64,000 nt of DNA. Source: Burkholderiales bacterium. GTDB taxonomy: Bacteria > Pseudomonadota > Gammaproteobacteria > Burkholderiales > Burkholderiaceae_C. The notes beneath the pieces were generated by a model. It was given only the letters and a program-made list of their open reading frames with translations. It had not been told where the DNA came from and did not search any database. The translations under genes were made by a program, and so were the position numbers. The DNA lies in assembly GCA_038231215.1 (NCBI GenBank), contig JBBRLS010000018.1, positions 3,832-67,831 of the forward strand, read 5' to 3'. Positions 60,901-64,000 of the stretch are shown here, piece by piece. Position 1 is the stretch's first letter; each line of letters begins with the position of its first letter.

Positions 60901-60920
60901 GGCGTTTCTCGAGCGTTTCC
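60901..60920 (-). promoter_or_regulatory. 11-bp-period direct repeat box upstream of the ZU5-like lipoprotein
   Basis: Coding strand GGAAACGCTCG AGAAACGCC; GACAGT lies 7 nt downstream. Confidence 0.6.
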
Positions 60921-60932
60921 CCATCTCGCGAC

Positions 60933-61030
60933 GAGATCCTTCGCTCCGCTCAGGATGACTGTGGCTGCGCTCAGGATGACATTGGCTGCGCTCAGGAGGA
61001 CGTTGGCGGCGCTCAGGAGGACGTTGACGG
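60933..61030. repeat. REP-like half element with four 21-bp tandem units
   Basis: GAGATCCTTCGCTCCGCTCAGGATGAC, with CGCTCAGGA(T/G)GAC-N9 units at 60947, 60968, 60989 and 61010. Confidence 0.85.
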
Positions 61031-61048
61031 CGGCTTGCGCCGCCAATG

Positions 61049-61825
61049 TCACTTCTCGACGAAGGCGCGCTCGATCACGTAGGCGCCGGCCTGGCCGATG
61101 CCGGCGGAGATCGTGAAGCCGGCGGCGTCGAGCACGGCGCGCATGTCCTTCAGCATCGCCGGGCCGCCGCAGATCATGGCGCGGTCGTGCGCCGGGTCGA
61201 TCTGCGGAAAGCCGATGTCGCGGCACAGCTTGCCACTGGCGATCAGATCGGGCAGGCGGCCCTGGTGGCGGAAAGGCTCGCGCGTCACCGTCGGGTAGTA
61301 GACGAGCTTTGCGCGGACCTGGTCGCCGAGGAAATCGTCCCTTGGCAGGTCGTGGGCGATCAGGTCGTCGTAGGCCAGCTCGTCGACCTTGCGCACACCG
61401 TGCACGAGGATGATCTTCTCGAAGCGCTCGTAGGTGTCGGGGTCGCGGATGATGCTCATGAAGGGCGCCAGGCCGGTGCCGGTCGCGAACAGGTAGAGAT
61501 AGCGACCGGGCAACAGGTCGGTGAGCACCAGGGTGCCGGTGGGCTTGCGGCCGATCAGCACCTCGTCGCCGACCTTCAGGTGCTGCAGGCGCGAGGTGAG
61601 CGGCCCGTCCTGCACCTTGATGCTGAAGAACTCGAGATGCTCCGCGTAGTGCGCGCTGGCGATCGAATAGGCGCGCATCAGCGGCTTGCCGTCGACCATG
61701 ATGCCGACCATCACGAAGTGGCCGCTCTCGAAGCGCAGGCTGGCCCCGCGCGTGCAAGTGAAGGAGAAGAGCGATTCGTTCCAGTGATGGACCGAGAGAA
61801 CCTTTTGGGAGTCGAAAGCCGCCAT
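61049..61825 (-). CDS. fpr: Ferredoxin--NADP+ reductase
   Basis: VLSVHHWNESLFSF, RAYSIAS, GPLTSRL, ATGTGLAPF and MICGGP. Confidence 0.95.
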   Translation of the reverse strand: MAAFDSQKVLSVHHWNESLFSFTCTRGASLRFESGHFVMVGIMVDGKPLMRAYSIASAHYAEHLEFFSIKVQDGPLTSRLQHLKVGDEVLIGRKPTGTLVLTDLLPGRYLYLFATGTGLAPFMSIIRDPDTYERFEKIILVHGVRKVDELAYDDLIAHDLPRDDFLGDQVRAKLVYYPTVTREPFRHQGRLPDLIASGKLCRDIGFPQIDPAHDRAMICGGPAMLKDMRAVLDAAGFTISAGIGQAGAYVIERAFVEK

Positions 61826-61952
61826 GCGATGGGGAACCTCGTGATCTGCACGGACAAGGGCGCCGTGCCGATCGTCCTTCGCGCCGGTATGGCGCATGCT
61901 AGATTGTCCCTGCATTGAGGGAGGCCCTTCGTTGACGAAGGCAGGCAGCACG

Positions 61953-62786
61953 ATGACCCGTTTCGAGCGACCCGAGTCGATGGCCGAGGCGACGAGCCTG
62001 CTCGCGGCCGGCGACTGGGTGCCGCTCGCCGGCGGCACCGACCTCTACCCGGCGCAGGTCGGCCGGACGATGCCGCGACCCTTGCTCGATCTCTCCCGTG
62101 TCGCCGGGCTGCGCGGCATCCGGCAAAGCAACGACGGCTGGACGATCGGCGCGACGACGACCTGGACCGACGTCATCCGCGCCGATTTGCCGCCGCTCTT
62201 CGATGCGCTCAAGGCCGCGGCGCGCGAAGTCGGCGGCTTGCAGATCCAGAACACGGGCACGATCGCCGGCAACGTCTGCAACGCCTCGCCGGCCGCCGAC
62301 GGCATGCCGGTGCTGCTCGCGCTCGGCGCCGAGGTGGAACTGCACAGCACTCTCGGCTCGCGGCGTCTGCCGCTCGACGCCTTCGTGCTCGGCCCGCGGC
62401 GTACTGCGCGGCGCAGCGACGAGCTGGTGACGGCGTTGCACATTCCTTCCCGCAGCGCGCGGGCGAGGTCCGTGTTCGCCAAGCTCGGCGGGCGCCGCTA
62501 TCTCGTGATCTCGATCGCCATGGTCGCGGTCGTCGTAGATGTCGATGGGGGGGGCCGAGTCATCGACGCGGGCATCGCCGTCGGCAGTTGCTCGGCGGTG
62601 GCCAAGCGCCTGCCATCGCTCGAAGCGCGCCTGCTGGGACACGACGTCGCCGAGCTCGCCGACTGCGTCGAGGCCGACGACCTCGCACCGCTCACACCGA
62701 TCGACGACGTGCGGGCCAGCGCCGGGTTTCGTCTCGACGCGACGCTCACCTTGCTGCGTCGCGCTCTCGCGTCGCTCGCGCCATGA
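61953..62786 (+). CDS. Xanthine/CO dehydrogenase family FAD-binding subunit
   Basis: AGGTDL, QIQNTGTIAGN and NASPAAD. Confidence 0.9.
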   Translation: MTRFERPESMAEATSLLAAGDWVPLAGGTDLYPAQVGRTMPRPLLDLSRVAGLRGIRQSNDGWTIGATTTWTDVIRADLPPLFDALKAAAREVGGLQIQNTGTIAGNVCNASPAADGMPVLLALGAEVELHSTLGSRRLPLDAFVLGPRRTARRSDELVTALHIPSRSARARSVFAKLGGRRYLVISIAMVAVVVDVDGGGRVIDAGIAVGSCSAVAKRLPSLEARLLGHDVAELADCVEADDLAPLTPIDDVRASAGFRLDATLTLLRRALASLAP

Positions 62787-64000
62787 CGGCACGCGACCTC
62801 GAGGCACGCCAGATCGTGCGCCTGCACGTCAACGGTGGCGAGCGCGAGCTGGTCGGCGACCCGACACGACGCCTCTCCGATGCGCTGCGCGACGAGCTCG
62901 GCCTGATCGGCACGAAGGTCGGCTGCCACGCCGGCGACTGCGGCGCCTGCACGGTGCTGCTCGACGAGGCGCAGGTGTGCGCCTGCATCGTCGCCGTCGG
63001 CCAGTGCGAAGGCCGCGCCGTGACGACGGTCGAGGGTCTTGCCGACGCGAGCGGCGTACTCTCGCCCTTGCAGCGCGCCTTCGTCGCGCACGGCGCGGCG
63101 CAGTGCGGCATCTGCACGCCGGGCATGCTGATGAGCGCCGAGTCCTTGCTGCGCGCCAACCCGGCGCCGAGCGAGGCCGAGGTGCGCGACGCGCTCGCGG
63201 GCGTGCTCTGCCGCTGCACGGGCTACACCAAGATAGTCGAGGCGGTGCTCGCGGTCGCAGCGGGCGAAGCGAGCGATGCACCGGTCGCGCTGTCCGGCTT
63301 CGCCGTCGGCAGCCGCGCCGCGCGCCTCGACGCGCCGGTCAAGGTGCGTGGCGAAGAGCGCTTCGGCGCCGATCAGTGGCCGGCCGCGCGGGAGTCGGCA
63401 TTGACGATGCGCGTGGTGCGCTCGCCGCATGCGCATGCCTCGTTCGAGATCGGCGACCTCGAGGCGTTCAAGCGGCGCTGGCCCGGCATCGTCGATGTGA
63501 TCACCGCCGCCGACGTGCCGAGCAACGCCTTCGCGATCTTCGCCGACTTGCGCGACCAACCGGTGCTGGCCGACGGCGTCGCGCGCTTTCGCGGCGAGGC
63601 CGTGCTGGCGATCGTGGGCGATGCCGAGGCGGTGCTTGTGGTGCCTGAAAGCGAGATGCCGGTTCGCTTCGACGCGCGTCTCGCGCACGAGAGCATCGAC
63701 GCGGCGCTCGATGCGGCAGGTCGCGGCGAGGCGATGCACGCCCGCTATCCCGACAACGTGCTCTGCCGCGGCCGCGTCGTCTCGGGTGATATTGAGGCGG
63801 CGCTGGCCGATCCCGTGCGATCGGCGCTTCGTGCGAGTTCGAGCTTCGAGACGCGTCATGTCGAGCACGCCTACATCGAGCCGGAGGCGGGTTATGCCGA
63901 AGTCGTCGCCGGGGACACGCCCGACGCGCCGCGCCGCATCCGCATCTTCGCCTGCACGCAGACGCCCTACATGGACCGCGACGAGGTGGCGCACGTGCTC
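62783..64000 (+). CDS. Molybdopterin oxidoreductase, fused 2Fe-2S + Mo subunit (partial, runs off window)
   Basis: Hand translation GTKVGCHAGDCGACTV, QCGICTPG, CRCTGY, continuing in frame into the Mo subunit (VVRSPHAHA, HAYIEPEAG, TQTPY). Confidence 0.88.
   Translation, partial: MTARDLEARQIVRLHVNGGERELVGDPTRRLSDALRDELGLIGTKVGCHAGDCGACTVLLDEAQVCACIVAVGQCEGRAVTTVEGLADASGVLSPLQRAFVAHGAAQCGICTPGMLMSAESLLRANPAPSEAEVRDALAGVLCRCTGYTKIVEAVLAVAAGEASDAPVALSGFAVGSRAARLDAPVKVRGEERFGADQWPAARESALTMRVVRSPHAHASFEIGDLEAFKRRWPGIVDVITAADVPSNAFAIFADLRDQPVLADGVARFRGEAVLAIVGDAEAVLVVPESEMPVRFDARLAHESIDAALDAAGRGEAMHARYPDNVLCRGRVVSGDIEAALADPVRSALRASSSFETRHVEHAYIEPEAGYAEVVAGDTPDAPRRIRIFACTQTPYMDRDEVAHVL

Noticed and set aside
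60947-61030. Tandem 21-bp units (and 23-bp units at 37792-37860) as a mini-CRISPR array
   Set aside because: The variable parts are only 9-11 nt and similar to each other, the repeat is a REP end, and there are no cas genes in the window.
48404-61030. Island as a prophage or integrative element
   Set aside because: No integrase, transposase, tRNA target or phage structural gene was seen, and I found no flanking direct repeats.

Overview
A GC-rich window from a Betaproteobacterium, most likely Burkholderiales; this placement is inferred from the gene set and the dksA-STAS-hslVU and corC-lnt-glyQS-gmhB-plsC gene order. Most of it is core or metabolic: AMP nucleosidase, dadA, icmF, ppk2, coaX, hslVU, dksA, lnt, glyQS, a LiuR-type branched-chain acyl-CoA cluster (liuR-can-aceK-thiolase-ACADs-liuC-hmgL) with a P450 and a vapBC pair inserted, then fpr and the start of a xanthine-dehydrogenase-family operon. 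Two regions stand out. First, 48.4-61.0 kb is an accessory island on the minus strand with two SARP/BTAD-STAND ATPase regulators, two large lipoproteins and a small YLVRLW-motif protein. The three non-regulator genes are each preceded by an AACG-core direct repeat with an exact 11-bp period next to a -10-like hexamer, which suggests a self-contained sensor/regulon module. Second, 2.1-2.6 kb looks like a leader-peptide attenuator (promoter, 35-codon ORF, antiterminator, terminator) in front of a 52-aa basic protein that may be a ribosome-rescue-type factor. A REP-like palindrome family also occurs, with short tandem tails of its right end at two loci. No rRNA, tRNA or CRISPR-Cas was recognised. 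All calls come from reading the sequence by eye; no database searches were run.
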